DNA of 64,000 nucleotides, taken from the NCBI GenBank assembly GCA_951406725.2, contig OX597827.1:69440001-69504000 (forward strand). Reading direction: 5' to 3'. Positions 25,325-39,101 of this stretch are shown here, one piece after another. Each line of letters opens with the position of its first letter. The first letter of the stretch is position 1. The translations under genes and the position numbers were made by a program. The DNA comes from Octopus vulgaris. Its lineage: Eukaryota. The notes beneath the pieces were generated by a model that did not search any database, was not told the DNA's origin, and worked only from the letters and a program-made list of their open reading frames with translations.

Positions 25325-27409
25325 GTATGTATGTATTATCTATTTAAATGATCAGAGATATCCCTTAAGTGGGCTTCAGCCATGTCTAACATATAGACAA
25401 TACCCGATGTGTGAAGTAATGTTACTCGACAGGGTGCAGAGATCAGGGTGTTTCTCCAGGTCAAGCTGCTACCCCTCTGCATTGACAGGTCACAGCTCCA
25501 GTTGACACGGGAAAGAATCAAAAGATGGGTTCTTCTCAATGACTCAACGAAAGCTTCACTGAAGAAGACCTTTAAGATCAACCCCCACCCCCCAAAAACT
25601 TGGAAAATGCAACCATAAGATCATCCTACCTGGGGAAGCTGCACCAACATAAGTTCTATCTCCTATGAACAAAACAGTATTGCAGGGGCACAAAGAAAAG
25701 GTGGACTGTACAAGCCCAGAGCTAACTCCTTGCCTTCAATCCAAGCAGACCACCAGAGCCCTTCCAAGCGCACACCAGACGGATCAGCCATACCTGGACA
25801 TACTGCGCCTCATCTTCTCCCAGGTGATATCCTTGGTCATCGTCGACAATGATGAACAAACTAATAAAATAAGAAGTCAAGTTAAGATCAAGGAACGGAA
25901 ACAAACGTTTTGCTCTGCGGGAGATATTGTATTTTCTGGCATTTAAGTTGAATTTTTCAGGCCAAAATGATATACTTTTATTCTTTATTACAGAGATGTA
26001 CTTGCATAGCAAGTGACCTGATCTGAGATCGTGTGCTGGAACGAAAACAATTGCAGCGTGGAAGGTGTTTATAAGCCATTTAAAAACACACAAAAACCGT
26101 TAGATTCACTTCAACATTTAAATTTAATTTGCCAAAATATCTTCGTCGCTTTGAGACCGCGACCTGATCACCGACAAAACTCTGCGCTGCATCAGTGATC
26201 ATTTATTTGGCAAATTAAATTTAAATGTTGAAGTGAATCTAACGGTTTTTGTGTGTTTCTTAAATGGCCTATAAACACCTTCCACGCTGCAATTGTTTTA
26301 TTCTTTAGTTTTAGTCAAAGAAATTGACCCTAGGACTTATTCTTGGTAAACCTATTACTTATCCTTCGGACGCATACACAAATACATATACAACGGGCTT
26401 CTTTCAGTTTCCGTCTACCAAATCCACTCACAAGGCTTTGGTTAGCCTCAGGCTATAGAAAAAAAACACTTGCCCAAGGTGCCATGCAGTGGGTCTGAAT
26501 CAACCCAGAACCATGTGGTTCGTAAGCAAGCTTCTTATTTCTTTACTACCCACAAGGGGTTTAACATAGAGGGGACAAACAAGGACAAACAAAGGGATTA
26601 GGTCGATTACATCAACCCCAGTGTGTAACTGGTACTTAATTTATCGACCCCAAAAGGATGAAAGGCATAGTCGACCTCGGTGTAATTCGAACTCAGAACG
26701 TAACAGCAGATGAAATACCACTAAGCATTTCGCCCAGCATGCTAATGTTTCTTATTTCTTTATTGCCCCCAAGGGTCTACATACAGAGGAGACAAACAAG
26801 GACAGGCAAATGGATTAAGTCGATTACATCAACCCCAGTGCGTAACTGGTACTTAATTTATCGACCCCGAAAGGATGAAAGGCAAAGTCAACCTCGGTGG
26901 AATTTGAACTCAGAACGTAGTGGCAGACGAAATCCCACTAAACATTTCGCCTGGCGTGCTAACGTTTCTGCCACACCTGTACCTACGTGATGACTGAGCC
27001 TCAGGAATGACTTTGAAAGACCATAAATCCTATGAGAAATTTAGAAATTTAGTAGTTTGCTGGAAAATATGACACAAGGGCTGCACCATTTGGAAAAGAG
27101 AGAAAGATATGTGAAGGCAGCCCTCTAGCACCATTACAAAAATAAATAGACAATAGACTATCGTAAAATTGATGTCTATACAAAGCAGTTTTATTTTAGT
27201 AGCTGCCTTATACAATACTTTGATATCCTTGCATTCATCCCTTCTTTCTCTCACTCTTTCTCACATATGTATATACATAGTTATACACACACAAAAAAAA
27301 AATATTATTTGTCCTTCTCCAAATACAACCTCTGAGTATATGTGAATGATAATTCCCACCCACCCACCCCGCCCCTATACATTTACACAGATGAATTTAG
27401 CCAGTGTTC

Positions 27410-27627
27410 TTATACAGCTAAAGATGAGGATCCAGAGCGAACAGCTTTGATCCAGTGCAGTCGATGTCCGTGAAGACGGAACTTCAGGAGCCAAATGAGC
27501 ATCTGGAATGTGGCACACACCATGGGGATGTAAACAAGTAAGTTGAAGCAGGCGATTCGGTGCTTTGGGTCTGAACTCAGATCAGATGACCGGACCTCGC
27601 TGGACGCGGCTGTGAACAGTTCGTGAC
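27410..27627 (-). CDS. MFSD13A: MFSD13A terminal coding exon
   Basis: GHELF...ACFNLLVYIPMVCATFQMLIWLLKFRLHGHRLHWIKAVRSGSSSLAV*; TAA at 27410-27412. Total CDS 1680 nt with consistent phases. Confidence 0.94.
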
Positions 27628-27764
27628 CTGCAAAAAGAGAGAAAGCAAAAGAAACTATTTAGAACATCTGTTCTCCAACATTCCTTCGGTGAAGGAAAAA
27701 GAGTGGAGAAGGACCATATTTGCTGTGATAAATGTTTAAGATCTTGTGTTTTTCAGTTGTTTCT

Positions 27765-28165
27765 GTGGCCATGCTGGGGCACAGCCTTGAACCAGTTGAC
27801 CATAATATTTATTTTTTATGCTTGGTAACAGATTCTGTCAGTCTCTTTCACTGAACCGCTAAGCTAATGGGATGTAAATACACAAACTTTAAATAGACTG
27901 TGGCCATGCTGGGGCACCACCTTGAAGGATTATAGTTGAACCAATTGACCATAATATTTATTTTTTATGCTTGGTAACAGATTCTGTCAGTCTCTTTCAC
28001 TGAACCGCTAAGCTAACGGGATGTAAATACACAAACTTTGAATAGACTGTGGCCATGCTGGGGCACCACCTTGAAGGATTATAGTTGAACCAATTGACCA
28101 TAATATTTATTTTTTATGCTTAGTAACTGATTCTGTCAGTCTCTTTCACTGAACCGCTAAGCTAA
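27765..28165 (-). repeat. Three tandem copies of about 127 bp of a SINE-A tail segment in the last MFSD13A intron
   Basis: Repeated CTGTGGCCATGCTGGGGCAC...GAACCGCTAAGCTAA. Confidence 0.8.
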
Positions 28166-29325
28166 GGGGATGTAAAAACACAAACACCAGTTGTCAAGTG
28201 GGAGGGGGAACAAACACACATGGAAGATACACATGCACACACACACACACATACATACATGATGGGCTTCTTTCTGTTTCCATCTACCAAATCCACTCAC
28301 AGTGGAAGTGTGTGGCTTATGAGTGTTGGACTCATGATTGTAAGATTGCAGTTTCAATTCCTGGACTGGGTGACCCGTGTTCTTGAGCAAAACACTTCAT
28401 TTCATGTTGCTCCAGTCCACTCAGCTGGCAAAAATGAGTAAACCTGTGAGGAACTGGTGGAGAATATATATACGCTATGAAAACCGGGAAACCGGCCCTT
28501 ATAAGTTAACATGACTCAAGTAGAAAACTAACTTAAATCTGCTCACAAGGTTTTAGTTGGCTCAAGGCTGTAGTAAAAGACACATACCCTTGGTGCCACA
28601 CAGTGGGACTGAACCCAGAACCATGTGGGTGGGAAGAAAACTTTTTACCACACAGCTATGCCAGTACATCACTACCTTCGTGGATGCAAGCATGGCTGAA
28701 TCGTTAAGAAGTTTGCTTTGCAGTCACGATGTCCTGGGTTCTATCCCACTGCATGGCATCTTGGACACATGTCTTTTCATCATAGCCGGACAGTGATTCA
28801 ATTCTTGTTTCAGCCAGTTTCAGCCGGGTTGGTAATGAAAGGGTTAACTTAGCAGTTCAGCAAAAGAGATTGACAGAATAAGTACTTATTTCTTTACTAC
28901 CCACAAGGGGCTAAACACAGAGAGGACAAACAAGGACAGACAAACCGATTAAGCCGATTATATCGACCCCAGTGCGTAACTGGTACTTAATTTATCGACC
29001 CCGATAGGATGAAAGGCAAAGTCGACCTCGGCGGAATTTGAACTCAGAACGTAACGGCAGACGAAATACGGCTACACATTTTGCCCGGCGTGCTAACGTT
29101 TCTGCCAGCTCGCCGCCCTGACAGAATAAGTACTGGGATCGATTTGTTTAAGTAAAAGCCTTCGAGGCATTGCTCCAGTATGGCTGCAACCCAATGACTG
29201 AAAGAACTAAAAGATAACAGAAAGACAATGATTGAACTGTAATTAATTTGGCACCAAAAGTTTTTTTTAAGAGAAAGCAAAAGAAAAGAGAATGGTAAAA
29301 AAAAAGAAAGGAGATTATCACTGAC

Positions 29326-29519
29326 CTGTCTGCCAGCTTAACATCCATGTCCCCAGGAGGGGTGCCAGTGTCTGACCTGGTTTTGATAGAAGAGCCACAG
29401 TTCCAAAGATCAGGGCCGATACTGGTTGATGCCTGCTGTGTATGACACAGTCTTCATCGACCAGATCGCTGACGACGAGGTTGAGGAGCTTACAGGTCCC
29501 TTCTGTGAAGACACGGTTG
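29326..29519 (-). CDS. MFSD13A: MFSD13A coding exon 5
   Basis: [24 protein letters not shown]...[14 protein letters not shown]; donor G|GTCAGT; 194 bp, phases 2/1. Confidence 0.95.
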
Positions 29520-30500
29520 CTGAAATATTAAGGATACATTAAAACCCCTTTAGCATTCGGATTGCTTAGTGAAATGTAATGCTTATTTATTCATAGTGTT
29601 TTGAATTAATCATGAATTATCTTTGAGATTTCAAGGATGTGATTGCTTAGTGTTAGAATGACATTGTAGGGTAGGTGTAAGAGGCTGGAAATGGCCAGTT
29701 TGAACATAAAACAGGGAGACTATATGGGTTTTAAATACTACAGGATTAATACTCAAAGTTCCTTTTTCTAATTCATATGAGCAATATCTCTACTCTTTCT
29801 TTTACTTATTTCAGTCATTTGACTGCAGCCATGCTGGAGCACCGCCTTTAGTCGAGCAAATCGACCCCAGGACTTATTCTTTGTAAGCCTTGTACTTATT
29901 CTATTGGTCACTTTTTGCCAAACCGCTAAGTTACAGGGACATAAACACACCAGCATCGGTTGTCAAGCAATGTACGGGGGAACAAACACAGACATACAAA
30001 CACACACACATATATATGATGGGCTTCTTTCAGTTTCCATCTACCAAATCCACTCACAAAGCTTTGGTCGGCTCGAGGCTATAGTAAAAGACACTTGCCT
30101 AAGGTACCACGCAGTGGGACTGAACCCGGAACCATGTGGTTGGTAAGCAAGCTACTTACCACACAGCCACTCCTGCACCCAATATGTTTATTGTTACGTG
30201 CTTAGATCTCCCCCACTTTCCTGATGATATAAAAAGCTTCTTCTCATTTAGCCCTTTTGGCATTCAGATTACTCTGTCAAATGTAATCCTTATTTATTCA
30301 CATTGTTTTAAATCAATCATACATGACCTCATAGCTTTGAAATTTGCTTGGTGTGAAAATTTAGTTTTAGGATGACATTGTTGGGTAGGTGTGAGAGGCA
30401 GGATCTGGTCAGTTTCAACATAAAACAGGAGGATTATTTGGGCTGGATATCACTGGTTTAAATGCTAAAAGGATGTAATTTGTAAGACAGGGTACTGCAG

Positions 30501-30668
30501 CACTAGTGTAGCTGGGGAGGGGGCAGTAGGGTCTGTCCACCCCAGGCAACACTGTTAAAGAGGCACCACTTTTGGGTCTGCTGTAGGCAATGTGTGTTTT
30601 TTGTGGGGGCCAAGAATGGGAAATGCAAGGGCCAATCCGGGTGGCACACATTCCAGCTACACTAGTGT
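30501..30668. mobile_element. Small hAT-like MITE
   Basis: 15-bp TIR CACTAGTGTAGCTGG / CCAGCTACACTAGTG. Confidence 0.55.
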
Positions 30669-30938
30669 ACTGCAGTGCTATAAGCATGTGGTGTGTACAG
30701 AGGATGACACTTGGGTAAAAATGTGCAAAGCCATTGAAATGGAAAGTTAAGCAGAAGAAGGAAACAAAAATGTGAGGAGAAGGGAAAGTTGGTCTCAAGG
30801 GATAGAATCTCACAAAGGAAATGACAAATAATAAACAGTGAGACACTGTGATAAAGAATTTCCATGTAAAAGTGTATGTAATGATGATGATGAGCAGATG
30901 TATACAAAAGAGAGAGAGAGATGGTGAGAAGAACTTAC

Positions 30939-31110
30939 CTTGCAATATAGATACAGATGGCCCAGATACAATTGGAACCAATTCCGCACATTGTTAGGGT
31001 CAATAGAAATTTCATAACAAACATAAGGAGAACCACTCTATAGACTCCGTGCCGTCGGCAAAGGGACAAAAAGTAGAGGTTGTTGATGTGTGGGAACACG
31101 AAAGAGACCC
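30939..31110 (-). CDS. MFSD13A: MFSD13A coding exon 4
   Basis: GVSFVFPHINNLYFLSLCRRHGVY...ICIYIAS; donor AG|GTAAGT; 172 bp, phases 1/2. Confidence 0.95.
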
Positions 31111-32420
31111 CTGGAAAAGAAACAAAACATTAATGGTTGGAGGAAGCACTGGAAACAACAACTGAGAAGAAAAACTAGAAAAGCATTCGGAGAGCACAGA
31201 CCTCTGCCAAGCAGCTCATTTCCACCCCTATACACTCATGCTGAAAATTGCCCAATTTCCCAAACCAACACTGGCAAAAACATAACCTCATAAATCATCT
31301 GAAGCAGTTATAATACATCGATGACAACAGCAAGCTAGTTTCACCATACAACTAAAAGGAAACAACAATTACCTAAAACTTGAATGTTAAGATAGATCCG
31401 CAAGTAAAATTACTAATAGAGAAACGAAAATAAACTTTGGAAACAGCAACGCCACCATAGGTTACGAGGAAATGATGAACGCGTTTTCAAGGGAGATAAT
31501 CAAAGAACGTAACTAATACTTCAAGTAAAGTAAATATAACATGAAAAATGCTTCAAGAATCCATAAAAATTCCCGGATCACTACCAAAATTTCATTATCT
31601 GTTCCTTGTGTCACTACCAACTTTTCCTGCAAGTTTCATCAAATACCGTTCACAACCTTTTGAGTTATTTTGCACACAGATGGACACACCAACGCCGATG
31701 AAAACATAACCTCCTTCCTTGGTGGAAGTAAAAACAAACAAACTAGAATTTGCTGATGAGGTCATAGTAAAAAAGAAACATGTCCAGAGTTGTTGCCCAT
31801 ACTTTGTGAAGTAATTGAAATACTATTAGTCATTAACTAATATGTTCCTCTTAGTCATCAAATATCTAATTATTTCTAATTTGATATTTACTGCTCCCCA
31901 CCGTAAAGTTAGTGGTTCCAGAGACATCGTCATGCACAGAGCTGACCAGGTCCACCAGAGCTCTCCATCAATGGCAGTCCTGACTCTCCATCGTTGAGGG
32001 TCCCAACTAACAGTAAAGAAGTGGAATTGAACCTGTGCATGTGTTGTTGCTATTGAAGTAATAATTTTCTCAAGACACAACAAAACATTTATATATATGT
32101 ATGTATACACAATGTGCTTCTTTCAGTTTCGTCTATGGATAAATACCCAGCCATCTTGCTCTTGGTGTACCTGTTGTGGAGATCACCAGCCAATAGAATT
32201 CAAAGTCCTGGAACTCGTGAAAACATTCACAAGGTGTCTTGATTTTTGGTTTATGTTATTATTACAGTCTTGAGTTTTACAGCTGGAATAAACAGACTTC
32301 TCACCTGTCTGGATAACCACTGTGTTTTCTTCTTTGCAAGTTAACACGAGAAGTATATTGAACCACAGACAACACACCTGTCTGAATTATTACTCTGTTC
32401 TTTGGAAGTAAACAAGAGAA

Positions 32421-32803
32421 GTGGAGGCGCAATGGCCCAGTGGTTAGGGCAGCGGACTCGCGGTCATAGGATCGCAGTTTTGATTCCCAGACCGTGCATT
32501 GTGAGTGTTTATTGAGCAAAAACACTTAAAGCTCCACAAGGCTCTGGCAGTGGGTGGTGGCGAACCCTGCTGTATTCTTTCATCACAACTTTCTTTCACT
32601 CTTTCTTCCTGTTTCTGTTGTACCTGTATTTCAAAGGGGCCAGCCTTGTCACACTCTGTGTCATGCTGAATCTCCCCGAGAACTACGTTAAGGGTACCCA
32701 TGTCTGTGGAGTGCTCAGACACTTGCACATTAATTTCATGAGCAGTCTATTCCATTGATCGGATCAACTGGAACCCTCGTCGTCGTAACCGACGTAGTGC
32801 CAT
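32421..32803 (+). mobile_element. Second tRNA-Arg-like SINE family; 5'-truncated copy at 34060-34380
   Basis: Head GGAGGCGCAATGGCCCAGTGGTTAGGGCAGCGGACTCGCGG; distinct 3' half ending GTCGTAACCGACG. Confidence 0.8.
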
Positions 32804-34538
32804 CAACACAAAACAAATAAGAGAAATATAACAGTACCCCTAGATCTGCTGTCAAAGCATGTATAAATACCCGAGTTAAAATACCCCAGTTAAATTCATT
32901 AACGCTTTCAGACCTAGGCCCCTGAGCATAAACATAAGTAATTCCCTACATAGCTCAAGATTAACAATTGCAGGCAAACTAGTGGGCAGAGTTACAAAAA
33001 ATATTCAGGAGAATAACAATGATAGACCTATCTCTCAACGACCATATGTGTTCGCTTGAATTGCAACTTTCCTCCCTATTTTCGCCAGTTTGATTGTCCA
33101 AAATCACTGTCATTGTCTACATAAGGGTAAAGTCTTTGCCTGAAGAAGAAACATCAGTAATTTCCTCAATTGCAAAGGGTTTCAGCCTTGCTTATTTACC
33201 AGACGAAGCAATTGCCCCAGCTCCACTTCAGGGTTGGCGAAAGCGATGTGGTTGACAACGAAAAACCTGGCTGATGACAGTCAAGGCTGATCTGGAATCC
33301 AACCTAGGCCCCCATATCTACAGCGTTTGCCACTGGAATAAGGAGTGGTTGGAGATCACACGGTTGTTAGCCTCAAATTGCCAGGTCTGGTCGACGCTTG
33401 TAAGAGATGCAGCATTGAGGATGAATGAAGCCAGCTCAACCCACCCCGGGTGAATGCCGTCTCAAGAAGAAGAAGAAAGAAAAAGATGAAGTGCTGGGTT
33501 CATTACACACTTGTTTCTTAACAAAAATTCATTTTCTTTTTCAATTAACGACAAAAATAAACAACAGCTCGGGGGGTGGGGAGGTTATTAACGAGTCCCA
33601 AATACATTTTGACTACAAAGCTGCAACATGATCAGTCATCTAGTTTTAGTACTTTATCTTCTTTTTCTTCGTGTGTTGTTCATCATCATCATCATCGTCG
33701 TTTAACGTCCGCTTTCCATGCTAGCATGGGTTGGACGTGTGACTGAGGGCTGGCGAACCAGATGGCTGCACCAGGCTCCAATCTTGATCTGGCAGAGTTT
33801 CTACAGCTGGATGCCCTTCCTAACGCCAACCACTCCGAGAGTGTAGTGGGTGGTTTATACGTGTCAGTCAGGCAGCATTGGCAACGACCTCGCTTGAATC
33901 CTTTTACACATGCCACCGGCGCGGGTGCCAGTAAGGCGATGCTGGAAACGATCACGCTTGAATGGTGCCTTTTACATGCCACTGGCACGGAGGCCAGATA
34001 GCCACTCTGGCAACGATTACGCTCGGATGGTGCTTTTAATACCCTACTAACACGGGCGATTCTCAGACCGGGCGTTGTGAGTGTTTATTGAGCGAAAACA
34101 CCTAAAGCTCCACGAGGCTCCGGCAGGGATGGTGGTGATCCCTGCTGTACTCTTTCACCACAGCTTTCTCTCACTCTTTCTTCCTGTTTCTGTTGTACCT
34201 GTATTTCAAGGGGCCGGCCTTGTCACTCTCTGTGTCACGCTGAATATCCCCGAGAACTATGTTAAGGGTACACGTGTCTGTGGAGTGCTCAGCCACTTAC
34301 ACGTTAATTTCACGAGCAGGCTGTTCCGTTGATCGGATCAACCAGAACCCTCGTCGTCATAACCGACGGAGTGCTTCCACTCCGCTAACACAGGGCTCTA
34401 CCACTTTAACAGGAATCTGGTAGAAATCACATTTATGCTATTCCTGCTATACCAGGAAGACAGTAAAACAGGGGGAAGACATTCAAAGATTTTCTTTTTC
34501 ATCAGAATACAAGAAAAAAACTGTGGTTACAGACATAC

Positions 34539-34632
34539 CAAGTAGCAGAGCTCCGAGTGAATTGCCGTTTTTTCCCAGTATGACATCCAAGAATAACGGA
34601 AAGAAGTTGCTGTTGAAATGACAATGGAAGAC
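34539..34632 (-). CDS. MFSD13A: MFSD13A coding exon 3
   Basis: [16 protein letters not shown] family signature; donor G|GTATGT; 94 bp, phases 0/1. Confidence 0.95.
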
Positions 34633-35234
34633 CTGTAAAGGAGACAAAGAAGAGGATTAAGGGAGCAGAGATCAAAACTGTGCTAAGAGGGGGTTATCTC
34701 ACATTTATGATAATACTGGTTCGTCAGTTACGGATTTGGTAAGTATTGGTAGATGGTGGCCATTGTTTACTGGGTTTAAAATAGCTTTCAAATCCTAAAA
34801 GTCTGCTGAATGCAGCAGGAGCAAAAATTGGCAAATAATTCAGTGTCTTGTGTGTAATTCCTCTCTAAGGAAAAGTTATCCATGAAGGACTAATTTCAGA
34901 GAAAGAGAGATTTGAATCTTGTTTACTTAATATCATGGAAACCAGAAATATATGTTTTCTAAAAAATTTTTAAGCAATGTAAAACTTCATTATATTTTGG
35001 GAAAGGTTCCCCCTATCAAATATACAACAGAAAATAATCCAACAGTTCAGAAGAAAAGCGTTATTATTGGCAGGCCATTGCTGGTGTCCTGTGACAGAAA
35101 ATATTGCTGTATTTTCTGTCACAGAATGTATTTATGTGTTGCGGTTGGTAAACATATGTATTACAATATTCTGAAGGTTTACACACACACACACACACAC
35201 ACACACTGTAGCTGCATAGATGTCTTCTCCTTAC

Positions 35235-35361
35235 CTGGATGAGATTCATGAGAGCAAACCATATAAAATTTTGATGAGTCGTTAACTGGCGGACATAATT
35301 CTTAAGGTCGTCTGTAGAACTTTTTGAACAGGATCCGAAATGACGGAGATAGTTGAGGGAG
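35235..35361 (-). CDS. MFSD13A: MFSD13A coding exon 2
   Basis: CAG acceptor; SLNYLRHFGSCSKSSTDDLKNYVRQLTTHQNFIWFALMNLIQ; donor CAG|GTAAGG; 127 bp, phases 2/0. Confidence 0.92.
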
Positions 35362-36624
35362 CTGTGAAGAATAACGAAGAATTAGTAACATTTTGATAAA
35401 AAATAACAACAAAGAGAGCATTGTGCTGTGTCAAAGAGGAAAATTAACAGACAATTAGGTGCAAATTTGGTTATGTGATCAGTTTACTTCTCAACCACAT
35501 GGTTCTGGGTTCAGTTCCACTGTATGGCACTTTGGGCAAGTGTCTTCTATTATACCCCTGGGCTGACCAAAACATTGTGGTAGATTTAGAAGATGGAAAC
35601 AAAGATACCAGTATGTGTGTGTGTGTAGTATGTATATATATTGATAGAAATGGTAAGACTACAAAAAAATGAAAGAGACTTCGATATTATGTAAATAGAG
35701 GAATTTATCTGTAAATATAATATGTGACAATTATTCAGTAGCCATAATAAAACTCAGAGTTTCAGATGTTGGACCGGAAACTTGGAGCCTTATCATGGCT
35801 ACTGAATAATTGTCACATTATATTTACACACACACATATATATATATATATTTTTATAGTCAACAGATGAGATCCAGAGATTCTAAGTATAGAAAACGTT
35901 TAGTAGCACTCAAATGATTCAAGCTTGGACTCCGATGTCTCTTTCTCTCATTTTGCATGTATACACACATACACATTTTGTCTATCAAGCCCAAGCTGTT
36001 ATATTTAATTTGCTTATCCACATTATTGCCCACCTCTCTCTATATATACATTATACACACACACACACACACACACATATTTGAAAAAAAAAAAAAAGAT
36101 GAATAGAAATGGCTTTTCTGATCATTTTTCCACTTTAATAATTAGACGTTATTAAAGTGGAAAAATTATCAGAAAAGCCATTCTATTCATTTTTTTTTTT
36201 CAAATATAATATTGTACAAAGGACTTGCTATTTCTTATTCTACCTCATATATATATATACATGTATAGGTGCAGAAGTGGCTGTGTGGTAAATAGCTTGC
36301 TTACCAACCACATGGTTCTGGTTTCAGTCCCACTGCATGGCACCTTGGGCAAGTGTCTTCTACTATGGCCTTGGGCCGACCAAAGCCTTGTGAGTGGATT
36401 TGGTAGACAGAAACTGAAAAGAAGCCCGTCGTGTTTGTGTGTGTGTTTGTCCTTCCAACATCGCTTGACAACCAATGCTAGTGTGTTTATGTCCCCGTAA
36501 CTTAGCGGTTCAGCAAAACGGACTGATAGAATAAATACTTGGCTAACAAAGAATAAGTCCTGGGGTCGATTTGTTCAACTAAAAGTGGTGCTCTAGCATG
36601 GTCGCAATGAAATGAGTGAAACAA

Positions 36625-36665
<41 letters not shown>

Positions 36666-39101
36666 CATAAACACATATTTGTATGTATGTACGTTTGTGT
36701 CTCTTGCCTTGACACTGTATGACTGTTGTAAATGAATGTTACTCATTTGCAGTATTTCTTGAAAACCTGTCTGGTCATGAGAAATATTGCTTTGGAAACA
36801 TGTGACAGGAAGGGTATCTAAGCATAAAAAAATCTGCCACAATAAACTGCATCTGACCCATGCAACCATGGAAAAATGGACAGCAAAACAATGAATGATG
36901 ATGATTTATTGAAAAAAAGTGCAGCAATTTAACAAATGGAATGGAGAACTGGCAGAATCGTTAGCACGCCGGGCAAAATGCTTAGCGGTTTTTCGTCAGC
37001 CGTTATGTTCTGAGTTCAAATTCCGCCAAGGTCGACTTTGCCTTTCATCTTTTCGGGGTCGATGAAATAAGTACCAGTTATTTACTGGGGTGAACAATAC
37101 ATTCGAGCGAGGTCATTGCCAGTGCTGCTGGACTGACTCCTGTGCAGGTGGCATGTAAAAAACACCATTTTCGGGTGTGGCCGTTGCCGGTACTGCCAGA
37201 CTGACCCTCGTGCCGGTGGCACTTTAAAAGCACCCACTACACTCTCGGAGTGGTTGGTGTTAGGAAGGGCATCCAGCTGTAGAAACTCTGCTAGATCAGA
37301 TTGGAGCCTGGTGCAGCCATCTGGTTCGCCAGCCCTCAATGAAAATCGTCCAACCCATGCTAGCATGGAAAGCGGACGTTAAACGATGATGATGATGATG
37401 ATGATCTAAGGTATTTTATTATTGCTGTCCGTTTTTTTATTTTATTTTAAATGAATTAGTTTCAAGAAAGGGTAGCAATGTCCAGAGTTCTCCTAGACTG
37501 GTGACATTGAAAGGCATTGATATGACAGAATTGAGTGTTTGCAAGTTGATGGTTGAAGATATAAAATAGAGCAATCCCGATTGCAAAACCTTTGATAAAA
37601 GACAGTCAAGATGTGATCATTGCCTTCTTTCTCAGGCATAGTACACCTGAGACAGTATTTATTCAATGTCACTTCCCCATTTTATAAAGACGTTATGAGA
37701 TTTAACTATTATTTCTAGCAGTTTGAGCAAGTGAGTAGTCATGCAGCTCCTCTACAGCTTGAAACTTGTTCTGCTCTGGCCTTTTCTCTTATGCTTTCTA
37801 AGGAATAAGGACAAGAGAAAGTACTTAGGGTGAGGTTAGAAGAAGTGAATGACTTAACGTAAACAATTTGAATTGTCAGACAACACGTCATGCTTGGAGA
37901 GACCTATTGAGACAAGTAAAATAAAAAATCAAATCACAATCAAAACTGGAAATTGTAGTTGTGACCTATACAAGTGCAGCCTGACTGGCTCTTGTGCTGG
38001 TGGCATGCAATAAGCACCATTCATGCGTGGGTCATTGCCAGTGCCATCTGACTGGCTTCCCGAGCCGGTGGCACATAAAAAGCACCATTTGAATGTGGTC
38101 AATGCCAGCCCCCACTGGCTACTGTGCCCCAGTAGCACATAAAAAGCACCATCCGAACATGGCTGATGCCAGTGCCGCCTGACTGGCTCCCATGCCGGTG
38201 GCATGTAAAAAGCACCCACTACACTCTTGGAGTGGTTGGTGTTAGGAAGGGTATCCAGCTGTAGAAACCTTGCCAGATCAGATCGGAGCCTGGTGTGGCC
38301 TCCTGGTTTTCCAGTCCCCAATCAAACTTATTTCTTTATTACCCACAAGGGGCTAAACATTGAGGGGACAAACAAGGACAGACAAACGGACTAAGTCGAT
38401 TACATCGACCCCAGTGCGTAACTGGTACTTAATTTATCGACCCTGAAAGGATGAAAGGCAAAGTCGACCTCGGCGGAATTTGAACTCAGAACGTAACGGC
38501 AGACAAAATACCACTGAGCATCTCGCCCGGCGTGCTAACGTTTCTGCCAGCTCACCGCCTTTCAAACCATCCAACCCATGCCAGCATGGAAAACGGACGT
38601 TAAATGATGATGAAGATGAATTGCTCTTACTTATGTTAATATCATGGTAGAAAGTAAATGCATTCAGCCCTGTCATAAGGCCTCTCTTGAACAGGGTTTT
38701 TCATGCATTTGAACCAAGTCAGTCCCTCTTCAGAGTCTATCCTTCCTCTATTTTATCATCATCATCATCATCATCATCGACTAACGTCTGCTTTCCATGC
38801 TAGCATGGGTTGGACGATTTGACTGAGGACTGGCAAACCCTTTAAAGATATTCTATTACTGTATTTTATAGTATACGAGTTTTCCAAATGAAAATTTACA
38901 GCCCTCCAAAAAAGGTAGGTCAACTTGGACAAGAAAACTTTAAAGGACCAAAAATTCCATGTGAAATGCAACAGGATTTGGGAAAAATAGCAACAATGTA
39001 TGAAGGGACACACTCTATACTACATTAACCCGTTTGCTGAAGAATATGGTCAATCAATATTATTAACCTGATAGACCTCTTGAGAGCTCTGAGCTTGAAA
39101 T

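Noticed and set aside
30415-30981. 188-aa hydrophobic ORF
   Set aside because: Starts out of frame in MFSD13A exon 4 and runs through intron and MITE sequence.
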